64,000 bases of DNA from Candidatus Fervidifonticultor sextus (GTDB lineage Bacteria; Sysuimicrobiota; Sysuimicrobiia; Sysuimicrobiales; Humicultoraceae). The notes under the pieces were generated by a model. It worked only from the letters and a program-made list of their open reading frames with translations, did no database searches and was not told the DNA's origin. The stretch covers positions 32,001 through 96,000 of the forward strand of contig JAVKHQ010000001.1 of the NCBI GenBank assembly GCA_031459875.1. Direction: 5' to 3'. This document shows positions 48,097 through 58,044 of this stretch, one piece after another; position 1 is the stretch's first letter; the number at the start of each line of letters is the position of its first letter. Both the position numbers and the translations under genes were made by a program.

Positions 48097-48946
48097 GCAG
48101 GTCTCTGATGCCATCCCCCAACAGGTTGAACCCCATCACCGTCATGAAGATGGCCAGGCCTGGGTACAGCGACAGCCACGGTGCCTGTCCCAGATAGTCC
48201 CGTCCGGCAGCCAGCATCGAACCCCAGGACGGCGTCGGCGGCTGGGCCCCCAGGCCCAGAAACGAGAGGCTCGCTTCGGCGAGGATGGCGCTCCCAAGCC
48301 CCAGCGTGACCAGCACGACGACGGGCGCCACGGTGTGGGGCAGGACGTGCCGGACCATGATCCGCGCGTTCGACGCGCCCAGGCTGCGGGCGGCCTCGAC
48401 GAAGTCCTGCCCCTTGATCGCCAGGACCTGGCCCCGCACGACCCGCGCCAGCCCCGTCCAGCTCACCAGACCCAGGGCCACGAACACGTTGGAGAGGCTG
48501 GGTCCGAGGACCGCCATCACCGCGATGGCGAACAGCAGACCGGGAAACGCGAAGATCACCTCGGCGGCGCGCATGATGACCTGGTCGGTGACCCCGCCGT
48601 AGAACCCCGCCACCATCCCCAGGGTCACCCCGATCGCCAGCGCGGACGCCTGCACGGCGACGCCCACCCCGAGGGAGACGCGGGCACCGTAGACGATGCG
48701 GCTGAAGACGTCCCGGCCGAAGGGATCGGCCCCCAGCAGGAACGGCCCGCCGGGCGGGCGGAGGTGGTTGTTCAGGTCGGCGTCACGCACCGGGTCGAAC
48801 GGCGCCATCCACGGCGCCGCCAGCGCCGTCGCCACCAGCAGGCCCACCAGGACGCCGCCGACGGTCAGGTTGCGCAGGCGCCAGGCCCGCCGCCACGGCG
48901 CCCGGGGGCGCGGCGGCGTTGGGATCGTCGGAGTCGGCGCGCTCAT
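48071..48946 (-). CDS. Peptide/nickel ABC transporter permease (OppC/DppC-like)
   Basis: LGADPFGRD, FVEAARSLGAS and EASLSFLGLG; ATG 48946. Confidence 0.93.
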   Translation of the reverse strand: MSAPTPTIPTPPRPRAPWRRAWRLRNLTVGGVLVGLLVATALAAPWMAPFDPVRDADLNNHLRPPGGPFLLGADPFGRDVFSRIVYGARVSLGVGVAVQASALAIGVTLGMVAGFYGGVTDQVIMRAAEVIFAFPGLLFAIAVMAVLGPSLSNVFVALGLVSWTGLARVVRGQVLAIKGQDFVEAARSLGASNARIMVRHVLPHTVAPVVVLVTLGLGSAILAEASLSFLGLGAQPPTPSWGSMLAAGRDYLGQAPWLSLYPGLAIFMTVMGFNLLGDGIRDLLDPRMARG

Positions 48947-49887
48947 TCGTACCGGATCCGGGGATCCAGCCACGCGTAGGACAGGTCTACCACCAAGTTC
49001 AGCACGATGAACGCCGTGGCGATGAACAGCACGCAGCCCTGCGCCATGGGCAGGTCGCGCACCCCGATGGAGTCCACCAGCAGCCGGCCGATTCCCGGCC
49101 AGGAAAATACCCGCTCGGTGATCACCGCGCCGGAGAGCAGCCCGCCCATCTGCACGCCGACCACCGTGACGATGGGGATCGCCGCATTCCGCAGCGCGTG
49201 CACCACGATCACCCGCGCGCCGGCCAGCCCCTTGGCCCGGGCGGTCCGGATGTAGTCCTGCCGGATGACCTCCAGCATCGAGGAGCGGGTGAGGCGGGCG
49301 ATGACCGCGGCCACCCCAGTGCCCAGGGTGAGAGCGGGCATGATCAGGTAGGGGATCGCCGGCCCGTAGCCCGAGGGCGGCAGCCAGCGCCATTGCACCG
49401 CCAGCAGGTAGATCAGCAGAATCCCCAGCCAGAAGTTCGGCACCGAGACGCCCACAGTAGCCAGCATGATGCTGGCCGAATCCACCAGGGAATTCTGGCG
49501 GAGCGCGGCGGCAATGCCTAGCGGGACCCCGATGAGCACCGCGATGGCCAGGGCCGCGCCGGCCAGCGTCGCCGTCGCCGGGAATCGTTCCAGGACTGAG
49601 CCCAGGACGCTCCGGTCGGTGCGGTAGGAGACCCCCAGGTCCCCCCGCAGGGCGTTGCCGAGGAACTTCAGGTACTGGACAGGCGCCGGGTCGTCCAGCC
49701 CCCACTTGGCGCGGATCCGGCGCGCCGCCTCCGGATCCACCGTCGCGACCTTCTCTTCCATCAGGAGCAGGACGGGATCGCCCGGCACGATCTGCATGAG
49801 CACAAAGGTGACAAGCGTCACCCCGATGAAAACCGGGACGGCGAGCAGGAGCCGCCGGAGGACGAATGCGCCGAGCCCGCCTGTCAC
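48943..49887 (-). CDS. Peptide/nickel ABC transporter permease (OppB/DppB-like)
   Basis: GDLGVS, DYIRTARAKGL, HALRNA and ERVFSWPGIG. Confidence 0.93.
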   Translation of the reverse strand: MTGGLGAFVLRRLLLAVPVFIGVTLVTFVLMQIVPGDPVLLLMEEKVATVDPEAARRIRAKWGLDDPAPVQYLKFLGNALRGDLGVSYRTDRSVLGSVLERFPATATLAGAALAIAVLIGVPLGIAAALRQNSLVDSASIMLATVGVSVPNFWLGILLIYLLAVQWRWLPPSGYGPAIPYLIMPALTLGTGVAAVIARLTRSSMLEVIRQDYIRTARAKGLAGARVIVVHALRNAAIPIVTVVGVQMGGLLSGAVITERVFSWPGIGRLLVDSIGVRDLPMAQGCVLFIATAFIVLNLVVDLSYAWLDPRIRYE

Positions 49888-49903
49888 CGGGAGGGCGACC
49901 GCG

Positions 49904-51499
49904 CTAGCGCCCTGGCGCGATCCAGACCCGGTGCATCGGCTGGTAGTCCATCTCCACCGGGTTGCCGATCAACCCCCGGATGTGGGGCTGGTGCACCAGG
50001 GCTGCCTTGTTGTAGTTGAAGAAGAACCAGGGGGCGTCGGCCACGATGAGCCGCTCGGCCTCCTGGCAGAGCCGGACCTGCTGCCGCGGGTTGAAGGTGC
50101 GCTCGGCCTCGTCCAGCAGCGCGTCCACCCGGTCGTTCTTGTAACGCATGCGGTTCCCGGCCGGTCCGAAGTTGCGCGACCGGAAGGGGCCGAGGTAGCT
50201 CACACAGTTGGGACCGCCGCCGTGGGAGAGCACCCAGGTGGGGATTTCGTTCCTGCCCGCGCGGTCCAGCATGACCCCGAAATCCTGCTGGACGATCCGG
50301 CCGCGGATGCCCACGTCCGCGAGATACCGCTGGAATCCCTCCAGCCACCGGCCGATGACCGGACTCGTGGAGCCATGGAGCTCGAGGTCGAACCCGGCCG
50401 CCAATCCGGCCTGCGTCAGCAGTTCCCTGGCGCGGCCCGGGTTGTAGTCATACCCCTTCAGGTCCTTGTTGTAGGCGGCGTGGCTGGGCGGGAACACCCC
50501 GGTGGCCACCAGGGCTTTGCCCTGGAGGACCGTGCGAACCATGGTGGTCTTGTCGATGGCGTGGTTGATCGCCTGGCGGATCCGGACGTCGCCCAGCGGT
50601 GGTTTCGTCACATTGAGCCCGATGTGCCGGGTGAAGAGCTCGGGGACCTCGATCACGTAGGGCTTCCAGGCCGGGTCGTCGGCGTACCGGCGGTAGGTCA
50701 CGTCGCTGAGCAGCATGTAGTCCAGCCGCCCCGTGTCGAACTCCGCCTGGGCGGTGGCCGGATCCGGGATAATGCGGAACTCCAGCGCGCTGATGTACGG
50801 CCGTCCCTCCCAGTAGTCGGGGTTCTCCCTGAGGAGGATGGTGTCGTCCGGATGCCAGGAGACGAAGACGAACGGCCCGGACCCCACGGGCCGTCGGCCG
50901 AACTCCCGACCCAGCCGCTCGACCTCGTCCCGCGGCACGATGAAGAACGCCAGGTTGGTGAAGTTGAGCGGGAACGTGGCGTCTGCCACGGAGTTGGTGA
51001 TGGAGATGGTGTAGCGGTCCGTCACCCTGATCCCGCTGACATCCCGGGCCTGCCGGGCCGCGTACTCCTGGGCGCCGACGATGCGGTCGAACGAGCGGAA
51101 GAACGGGGAGGCGGTCTCCGGGGCCAGGATCCGCTCAATGGTATACCGGACGTCCTCGGCGGTCATCTCCCGGCCGTGGTGGAATCGGATGTTGCGGCGC
51201 AACCGGAAGGTGATGGTCCGTCCGTCGCTGCCAAGCGACCAGGTCTCGGCCGCGCCGGGCTGCATCTCGAACGTCCTGGGGTCGAGCCGGAGCAGCGAGT
51301 CGAACAGGTTCATCTTCACCGAGATGGCGCGGACGGTGTTGGTCTGCGCCGGGTCGAGGTTGGCCGGGTCGCTGGGTAACTGCCTGCGGAAATGCCCGCC
51401 ATAGACCGGAGCCTGTGCACCGAGGGGCTGCGTGACCGCGGTGCCCAGCCCCACCGCCGTGACGAGCAGGACGAGGATCCCGATCAGGTGCCCCTTCAT
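49904..51499 (-). CDS. Peptide ABC transporter substrate-binding protein (family 5)
   Basis: Signal peptide ending AQA, NLDPA, FHHG..MTAEDV, GSGPF and RIRQAINHAID. Confidence 0.92.
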   Translation of the reverse strand: MKGHLIGILVLLVTAVGLGTAVTQPLGAQAPVYGGHFRRQLPSDPANLDPAQTNTVRAISVKMNLFDSLLRLDPRTFEMQPGAAETWSLGSDGRTITFRLRRNIRFHHGREMTAEDVRYTIERILAPETASPFFRSFDRIVGAQEYAARQARDVSGIRVTDRYTISITNSVADATFPLNFTNLAFFIVPRDEVERLGREFGRRPVGSGPFVFVSWHPDDTILLRENPDYWEGRPYISALEFRIIPDPATAQAEFDTGRLDYMLLSDVTYRRYADDPAWKPYVIEVPELFTRHIGLNVTKPPLGDVRIRQAINHAIDKTTMVRTVLQGKALVATGVFPPSHAAYNKDLKGYDYNPGRARELLTQAGLAAGFDLELHGSTSPVIGRWLEGFQRYLADVGIRGRIVQQDFGVMLDRAGRNEIPTWVLSHGGGPNCVSYLGPFRSRNFGPAGNRMRYKNDRVDALLDEAERTFNPRQQVRLCQEAERLIVADAPWFFFNYNKAALVHQPHIRGLIGNPVEMDYQPMHRVWIAPGR

Positions 51500-51557
51500 G
51501 ATGCCACCCCGTGTGAGAGCCGGCTGATGGGACCCCATGCCGGCGCCACGTCATGGG

Positions 51558-51584
51558 GTTCTGGCCCCGCGCAACCCGTCCCTG
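51558..51584 (-). promoter_or_regulatory. SigH-like promoter motif upstream of the peptide-binding protein
   Basis: GCAGG-N19-GAAC. Confidence 0.5.
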
Positions 51585-51611
51585 CCCGGGGCTGTGATCG
51601 CGGTCCGTCGC

Positions 51612-51638
51612 CAGGAAACCCGACGGCACGACGCGAAC
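51612..51638 (+). promoter_or_regulatory. SigH-like promoter motif upstream of the nucleotidyltransferase
   Basis: CAGG-N19-GAAC. Confidence 0.5.
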
Positions 51639-51680
51639 TGGCCCATGGATCCATCTCTGGTCCGGAGGGAGTCGGTCGCG

Positions 51681-52388
51681 GTGAAAGCCATCATCCTGGC
51701 CGGCGGCAGGGGCGAGCGGCTCCGCCCATTCACGGAGGATCGCCCCAAACCCATGGTCCAGGTCCTGGGCGTCCCGATCCTGGCCTACCAGCTGCACTGG
51801 CTCCAGACGCAGGGCACCACCGAGGTGGTGATGGCCTGCGGATACCGCCGCGAGGTGATCCAGGACTACTTCGGTAACGGCGAGAAGTGGGGGATGCGCA
51901 TCCACTACGCCGTGGAGGAGGAGCCCCTGGGCCGCGGTGGCGCCATCCGTCATGCCTTCGGCTACCTGAACCCCGCCCCCGACCTCGTCATCGCCACCAA
52001 CGGCGACGTCATCACCAACCTCCGGCTGGCTCCGGTCATCGCCCAGCACCGGGACCAGGGCGTCCTGGCCACCGTGGTCCTGACCCCCTATGTGAGTACC
52101 TACGGGCTGGTGGAGGTTAACGCCGAGGACCGCGTGATCGCCTTTCACGAGAAGCCCACGCTGCCGTACTGGATCAACGCCGGCATCTACGTCCTCTCCC
52201 GCGAGGTCATCGCCGCCTTCCCCGAGGTGGGCGACCACGAGACGACCATCTTCCCGCGCCTGGCCGAGCAGCGGAAGCTGGGGGCTTACCGGTCGCGCGA
52301 CTACTGGCGCGCCGTGGATACGGTGAAGGACCTCACCGAGGTGAGCCGGGAACTGGAGCGCCGGCTGCTGACGTCGTTCCTCGCCTGA
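51681..52388 (+). CDS. Sugar-phosphate nucleotidyltransferase family protein
   Basis: AIILAGGRGERLRP.T..RPKPM, EPLGRGG, NGD and INAGIY; GTG 51681 with a GGAGG RBS. Confidence 0.92.
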   Translation: MKAIILAGGRGERLRPFTEDRPKPMVQVLGVPILAYQLHWLQTQGTTEVVMACGYRREVIQDYFGNGEKWGMRIHYAVEEEPLGRGGAIRHAFGYLNPAPDLVIATNGDVITNLRLAPVIAQHRDQGVLATVVLTPYVSTYGLVEVNAEDRVIAFHEKPTLPYWINAGIYVLSREVIAAFPEVGDHETTIFPRLAEQRKLGAYRSRDYWRAVDTVKDLTEVSRELERRLLTSFLA

Positions 52389-52424
52389 GCGGACGCTCCC
52401 GGGGGTCGAGGCTCGAGCCCGCCT

Positions 52425-53222
52425 TCACACCAGGCGACGCCGCAGCGCGGCGCTGACGGTGTCGATGACCGTGACCGCCGCGACGATGACCAGCAGGGCC
52501 ATCCCGACGACCTCCCAACGGCGGAATTGCAGCGCCTGCACCATGATCGTCCCGATGCCCCCGGCACCGACCAGCCCCAGGACGGTGGCGGCGCGGGCAT
52601 TGATCTCGAACCGGTAGAGCGACAGCGCCAGAAACTCCGGGAGCACCTGCGGCAGCACCGCGAACCAGAAGACCTTGACGCGGCTGGCCCCGGCCGCGCG
52701 CAGCGCCTCCAGGGGGCCGGGATCGATGGTCTCGACCACGTCGGCGTAGAGCTTCCCCAGGCTGCCGGTGGAGTGCAGGCCGATGGCCATCATCCCGGCC
52801 AGCGCGCCCGGTCCGTACGCCGCGACGAAGAAGATCGCGAGGATGATCTCGGGAAACGTCCGGATCAGGTTGAGGATCTGTTTGCCCATGTAGGTGGACG
52901 CCGCGTGGGGGCTGATGTTTCGCGAGGCCACGAACGCCAGGGGAAAGGCCAGCACCATCCCCAGGGTCGTCCCCAGCAGTGCCACCTGCACCGAGACGAC
53001 CATTCCTCCCAGCGACCGGCCCGCCCAGGTCCAGTCCGGCAAGAGCATCAGCCATACGATCCGCGCCAGCAGCGGCAGGCCCTCCAGGAAGCGGACCAGA
53101 CTGGCCTCCACGCCGCGGGCCGCCCAGGCGAACACCAGCGCGAAGAGGGCTGCGCCCAGCCATCGCTTCCACCGGCCGGGTTCGGTCAGGGGGATCGAGG
53201 GCGTGGAGGCCTGCGATGTCAC
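52425..53222 (-). CDS. phnE: Phosphonate ABC transporter permease
   Basis: RTFPE, GKLYAD, EALRAAGA and RFEINARAATVLGLVGAGGIG. Start is uncertain. Confidence 0.92.
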   Translation of the reverse strand: MTSQASTPSIPLTEPGRWKRWLGAALFALVFAWAARGVEASLVRFLEGLPLLARIVWLMLLPDWTWAGRSLGGMVVSVQVALLGTTLGMVLAFPLAFVASRNISPHAASTYMGKQILNLIRTFPEIILAIFFVAAYGPGALAGMMAIGLHSTGSLGKLYADVVETIDPGPLEALRAAGASRVKVFWFAVLPQVLPEFLALSLYRFEINARAATVLGLVGAGGIGTIMVQALQFRRWEVVGMALLVIVAAVTVIDTVSAALRRRLV

Positions 53223-53244
53223 GCCGACACCGAGTCCACGGACG

Positions 53245-53997
53245 TCAGACCAACCGCTGGCGGACCCGGACGCTGAGGGTGTCAATGAGGACCACGGCCC
53301 CCAGGGTCACCACGATGATGGCCAGGGCGCTCTGATACCGGAAGAGGTTGAGCGCGGTGAGGAGCAACTGGCCGATGCCGCCCGCCCCGACCAGGCCCAG
53401 GATGAACGAGACGCGGACGTTGATCTCGAACACGAAGAGCGTGTAGCTGAGATAGGCCGGCAGCACCTGAGGGACGACCGCATACCGCACGGTCTTGAGC
53501 CGATTGGCGCCAGCCGCCTCCAACGCCTCCAGGGGCCCGGGGTCGATGGCCTCCAGGCTCTCGCTGGTCAGCTTGGCGATGACCGCCGTGGAGAACACTG
53601 TCAGGGCCAGGATCCCCGCGAAGGGGCCGATGCCCACCACCGCCACGAGGATGGCCGCATAGAGGAGCTCCGGGATCGTCCGCAGGAGGTTGAGGAGGCC
53701 GCGCGCCCCGTAGTAGAGCCAGGCCTGCCGCGTGACGTTCCGGGACGCCAGCAGGATGAGGGGGACGGCCAGCAGCGCGCCCTGCGTCGTCCCCACCAGC
53801 GCCATCTGGAGCGTCTGGACGATTGGCTCGACCAGGACCGGCAGCACGGCCCAGTTGGGCGGGAACATGTCGCCCAACAACGCGAAGAAGTTCGGGAGGC
53901 CCTGCCACAGCACGCGGGGGGAGACGCCGATGGCCGCCGCACTCCAGGCGTAGAGGCCCGCCGCCGCCACCCCGGCCAGGAGGGCCCTGGTCTTCAC
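53245..53997 (-). CDS. phnE: Phosphonate ABC transporter permease
   Basis: RTIPE, AKLTSE and FEINVR...LGLVGAGGIG. Confidence 0.92.
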   Translation of the reverse strand: MKTRALLAGVAAAGLYAWSAAAIGVSPRVLWQGLPNFFALLGDMFPPNWAVLPVLVEPIVQTLQMALVGTTQGALLAVPLILLASRNVTRQAWLYYGARGLLNLLRTIPELLYAAILVAVVGIGPFAGILALTVFSTAVIAKLTSESLEAIDPGPLEALEAAGANRLKTVRYAVVPQVLPAYLSYTLFVFEINVRVSFILGLVGAGGIGQLLLTALNLFRYQSALAIIVVTLGAVVLIDTLSVRVRQRLV

Positions 53998-54773
53998 CCG
54001 GCGCCTCCCCGGAAGTCGTCGGCCCTCAGCGCCCGCCCGTAGATCTGCTCAAACGTCGCGTCGTCCACGGCCCCGGCCGGTCCATCGTAGACCACCTCGC
54101 CCTGCCGTAACCCCACGATCCGCTGGGCGTACTCGCGGGCCAGGTCGATAAAGTGGAGGTTGACAAGTACGGTGATCCCTTCCTGGTTGATCCGACAAAG
54201 GTCGCGCATCACCAGGTGGGACGTCGGCGGGTCCAGGGAGGCCACCGGCTCATCAGCCAGGATCACCTTGGGCTCCTGGGCCAGCGCGCGCGCGATGCCG
54301 ACGCGCTGCTGCTGGCCGCCGCTGAGGGCGTCGGCACGGACAAAGGCCTTGTCGTGGATCTCGAGTTTGCGCAGCGCGTCGAAGACGAGCTCCAGGTCGG
54401 TCCGGGAGAACAGCCCCAGCAGCGCCCGCCACGTCGGGACCCGGCCCACGCGTCCTGCCAGGACGTTGCGGAACACCGAGGACCGCTTGACGAGGTTGAA
54501 CGTCTGGAAGATCATCCCGATCTGCTGGCGGACTTCCATCAGGCGCGTCGGGGAGGCCGCGGTCAGGTTTTCGCCCTCGAACCAGACGGTGCCCGCCGTA
54601 GGCTCCACCAGACGGTTGACGGTGCGCAGCAGCGTGGACTTCCCGGCACCGCTGAGGCCCACGATGGCGACGAACTCGCCGCGGTCAACGGCCAGGTCAA
54701 CCCCGCGCAGGGCCCAGACGTCGCCAGGGTACCGGACCTGGACGCCTCGGAGCTCGATCTGCGGGGGGCTCAA
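53994..54773 (-). CDS. phnC: Phosphonate ABC transporter ATP-binding protein
   Basis: GLSGAGKST, LSGGQQQRVGIARAL and ADEPVASLDP. Confidence 0.95.
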   Translation of the reverse strand: MSPPQIELRGVQVRYPGDVWALRGVDLAVDRGEFVAIVGLSGAGKSTLLRTVNRLVEPTAGTVWFEGENLTAASPTRLMEVRQQIGMIFQTFNLVKRSSVFRNVLAGRVGRVPTWRALLGLFSRTDLELVFDALRKLEIHDKAFVRADALSGGQQQRVGIARALAQEPKVILADEPVASLDPPTSHLVMRDLCRINQEGITVLVNLHFIDLAREYAQRIVGLRQGEVVYDGPAGAVDDATFEQIYGRALRADDFRGGAG

Positions 54774-55657
54774 ATCCTGATCTTGTCCCTCATGACGCTG
54801 TAGGTCTTCCGGATGATCTCAAATTCGGTGCCGTCCGACTTAGCGTAGCCGACCACGTTGTAGAGGGCTTCCAGGACCTGCACGCCGCCGGGGTGCTTGC
54901 CAAGGTCGACGAACGCCGCCTGGATCTTCGCGACCAGATCCTCGGGCAGCCCGCGGCGCACGGCGACGCCGTCGTTGGGGATGGGGCTGCTGCGGACCAG
55001 GATCTTCACCACCTGTTCGGCGTCGGGCAGCTCCCGCCTGATGTCGGGAATGGCGTTGTCGTGCGTGGCGCTGGCGTCCACGTCCCGCTTGTAAACGGCC
55101 ACGACCGCGGCGTCGTGCGACCCGGCGAAGATGGTGCGCAGGTCGCGCTCCGGGTTGATCCCTGCCTCCAGCAGCATCATGTAAGGGAACAGGTAGCCGG
55201 ACGTGGATGCCGGATCCACGAAGGCGAACCGGCGTCCCTTCAGATCCGCGATCGTCTTAAACGGGGAGTCGGCCCGCACGTTGATCGCCGCATGGTAGCT
55301 CGTCACGAAGTGACCCCGGGTCCGCCGGATGGACTTGGCGATGATCACCACCTTGTGGCGCTCCTCTGCCAGGACGAGGGCGAACGGCCCGAAGATGCCG
55401 ATATCGGCGCGGCCGGTCCCCATGGCTTCCACCAACCCCGTGAAGTTGGTGGCCACGAAGGGCTCGACCGGGATGCCGATGCGGTCGGAGAGCATCTTGG
55501 AGAGCGGGCCGAGGTTCTCCATCATGCGGCCGATCTCACGGGACGGGACCATGCCCAGAATCAGCTTCTGGGGCGCCGGCCCTGCCTGGATGCCCGGGCC
55601 TGCCACCCCCGCCAACAGCGCTGCCGCAAGGAACGCGCCAAGCCACCTGTACGTCAT
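54770..55657 (-). CDS. phnD: Phosphate/phosphite/phosphonate ABC substrate-binding protein
   Basis: Signal peptide, DPASTSGYLFP, GSHD and IPND; ATG 55657 with a GGAGGAGG RBS. Confidence 0.92.
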   Translation of the reverse strand: MTYRWLGAFLAAALLAGVAGPGIQAGPAPQKLILGMVPSREIGRMMENLGPLSKMLSDRIGIPVEPFVATNFTGLVEAMGTGRADIGIFGPFALVLAEERHKVVIIAKSIRRTRGHFVTSYHAAINVRADSPFKTIADLKGRRFAFVDPASTSGYLFPYMMLLEAGINPERDLRTIFAGSHDAAVVAVYKRDVDASATHDNAIPDIRRELPDAEQVVKILVRSSPIPNDGVAVRRGLPEDLVAKIQAAFVDLGKHPGGVQVLEALYNVVGYAKSDGTEFEIIRKTYSVMRDKIRI

Positions 55658-55733
55658 CGTGGTCCCTCCTCCAAAGGCTCGCCAACCACATTGTAGCCGC
55701 TTCACACATCACCCCGGAAGGAGCTATTTCGAC

Positions 55734-56375
55734 TCAGGGAGCGGCCCCCTGCCTCAGGGCGGTCTCGCCCGACAGGGAGTTCAGCGTGACGAGGACGGGC
55801 CGCCTGTCCGTCACCTCGAAGATCGTCAGCGACCCGGGGGAGAGGTCCATGCGCCGCATCGCGTCCAGCGGCAGGTCCAGCAGCCGGCAGATCAACGCCA
55901 GGAGCGGGTCCTGGTGGGAGACCAGCAGCGTGGTCCCGCCGGCGGATGCGTACTCGCAGGCCGCCAGCCACATGCGGTCCCCGATGGCCGCGACCGACTC
56001 CATCCCGGGCAGGGTCATCCGCGTGGGCGCCGTCCGCCAGGTCCGCCAGGCCTTGGGGAAGCGCGCTATGATCTCGCCGACCGCCAGCCCCTCCCACGGG
56101 CCCATGGCGGTCTCGATGATCCGCTCGTCCGTGATCACCGGCCGGTCCACGCGCCGTCCGATGATGGTCGCGGTCTCCACCGTGCGCTCCAGCGGGCTGG
56201 CGACGATGCGGTCCGGCGGCGCCGTCGCCAGCCGTTCGGCCAGCGCCGCGGCCTCGGCGCGGCCGCGGGCGTTGAGGGAGATCCCGGGCAACCGCCCGGC
56301 CAGGCGGTTGGCGGGCGGGACCAGCCAGTCCGTGTGCCCGTGGCGGACCAGCAGCAGCCGGACTCCCTCACGCAT
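55734..56375 (-). CDS. Histidine phosphatase (phosphoglycerate mutase-like) family protein
   Basis: VRHG, SPLER..ETA, E..MG.WEG and LVSH. Confidence 0.9.
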   Translation of the reverse strand: MREGVRLLLVRHGHTDWLVPPANRLAGRLPGISLNARGRAEAAALAERLATAPPDRIVASPLERTVETATIIGRRVDRPVITDERIIETAMGPWEGLAVGEIIARFPKAWRTWRTAPTRMTLPGMESVAAIGDRMWLAACEYASAGGTTLLVSHQDPLLALICRLLDLPLDAMRRMDLSPGSLTIFEVTDRRPVLVTLNSLSGETALRQGAAP

Positions 56376-56811
56376 CCGTGTCCAGGACGATGGTGACCGG
56401 GCCGTCGTTGTGGATCTCGACCAGCATCGACGTGCGGAAACGGCCGGTGGCCACGGTCAGCCCCAGGTCGCGGAGGCGCGCCGCCACGCGATCCACCAGC
56501 GGCTCCGCCTGCTCCGGCGGGGCGGCCCGCAGGAAGGACGGCCGGCGGCCCCGGCTGACGTCGCCGTAGAGGGTGAACTGCGAGACCACCAGCACCCCGC
56601 CGCCGGCGTCGAGCACCGAGCGGTTCAGCCGGCCGGCGGCATCGTCGAAGATGCGCAGGTGCGCGATCTTTCCCGCCAGAGCGTCGGCCTGTGCCGGGCC
56701 GTCTGCGACCGAGACCCCCACCAGGACCGCCAGCCCCTGCTCGATGGCCCCTACAGTCTCTTCCCCGACCCGCACGGCCGCGCGCCGGACGCGCTGGACC
56801 ACCGCCCTCAT
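56368..56811 (-). CDS. dtd: D-aminoacyl-tRNA deacylase
   Basis: MRAVVQRV, SQFTL, GRRPSF and NDGPVT. Confidence 0.98.
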   Translation of the reverse strand: MRAVVQRVRRAAVRVGEETVGAIEQGLAVLVGVSVADGPAQADALAGKIAHLRIFDDAAGRLNRSVLDAGGGVLVVSQFTLYGDVSRGRRPSFLRAAPPEQAEPLVDRVAARLRDLGLTVATGRFRTSMLVEIHNDGPVTIVLDTDA

Positions 56812-56831
56812 CGACGAGACCCGACCGGCGC

Positions 56832-58019
56832 CTATGTGCGGCGTACCGGTGCCAGCTGGGCCAGGCGGCGGCGGACCTCGGCCAGCGTCTGGGGCTTCTT
56901 GGGAAACGCGAAGCGGATCAGCCGGCGCCCGGCGGCCGGATCGCGGTAGAAGCTGCTGCCGGGGACCGCCCCCACGCCGATGTGCTCGATCATGCGGCGG
57001 GTGAAGACGACGTCGTCGTCATCTCCGAAGCCGTCGATGCCGGCCATGATGTAGTAGGCGCCCCTGGGAACTAGGCACCGGAAGCCCACCCCGGAGAGGA
57101 TGGCCAGCAGGTCGTCCCGCTTCGCCTGGTAGGACGTGCTCAACTCGCGATAGTACGACGGAGGGAAGGCCAAAGCGACCGCCCCGGCCTCCTGGAGGGC
57201 CGCCGCCGCCCCGACCGTCAGGAAGTCGTGGGCGCGCCGGATGCCGTCGCTGATCGCGTCGTTGGCGGTCACCGCCCATCCCACGCGCCAGCCGGTCACG
57301 CTGTAGGTCTTGGACATGCTGTTGATGGTGACCGTCCGCTCCGCCATGCCCTCCAGTGAGGCCAGGCTGACGTGCACGGCGCCGTCGAACAGGATGTGCT
57401 CGTACACCTCGTCGGTGATGGCCAGTACGTCCCGTTCCCGGCACAGCGAGGCGATCACCTCCAGTTCTTCGCGGGTGAAGACTTTCCCGGTGGGGTTGTG
57501 CGGTGTGTTGACGATGATGGCCCGGGTCCTGGGTCCGAAGGCCGCCGTTAGCTCGTCCCGGTCGAACGGCATGCCCGGGTCCGAGAGGTCCAGCCGCACG
57601 TACCGGAGCCGCGCGCCGGAGAGCAGCGCGTCCGGGCCGTAGTTCTCGTAGAAGGGTTCGAAGATCACCACCTCGTCACCGGGGTTGACCACCGCCAGCA
57701 GGGTGGCCATCATCGCCTCGGTGGCGCCGCACGTCACCGTGATGTGGCGCTCCGGATCGACCGCCATCCCGTTGGACCAAGCGACCTTCCGCGCAATGGC
57801 CTCCCGCAGCCGAGGGGACCCCCAGGTGATGGCGTACTGGTTCCAGCCGTCGCGCAGTGCCCGGACCGCCGCCTCCAGCAGTTCGGCCGGCGGGTCGAAG
57901 TCGGGGAATCCCTGCGCCAGGTTGATCGCCCCGTGCAGGGTACACAGGCGGGTCATCTCGCGGATCACCGACTCGGTGAAGAGATCCACGCGGGCGGCGG
58001 TCGGACGCGGCACGGTCAT
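56832..58019 (-). CDS. PLP-dependent class I/II aminotransferase (YbdL-like)
   Basis: NLAQGFPD, NTPHNPTG, DEVY and SKTYSVTGWRVG. Confidence 0.93.
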   Translation of the reverse strand: MTVPRPTAARVDLFTESVIREMTRLCTLHGAINLAQGFPDFDPPAELLEAAVRALRDGWNQYAITWGSPRLREAIARKVAWSNGMAVDPERHITVTCGATEAMMATLLAVVNPGDEVVIFEPFYENYGPDALLSGARLRYVRLDLSDPGMPFDRDELTAAFGPRTRAIIVNTPHNPTGKVFTREELEVIASLCRERDVLAITDEVYEHILFDGAVHVSLASLEGMAERTVTINSMSKTYSVTGWRVGWAVTANDAISDGIRRAHDFLTVGAAAALQEAGAVALAFPPSYYRELSTSYQAKRDDLLAILSGVGFRCLVPRGAYYIMAGIDGFGDDDDVVFTRRMIEHIGVGAVPGSSFYRDPAAGRRLIRFAFPKKPQTLAEVRRRLAQLAPVRRT

Positions 58020-58044
58020 CCTCCTCGGGATCGGGCGGTCCCGC

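Noticed and set aside
55690..55715. Pho box upstream of phnD
   Set aside because: Only one TTCACA-like unit lies near a TACAAT -10, with no convincing 11-bp tandem repeat.
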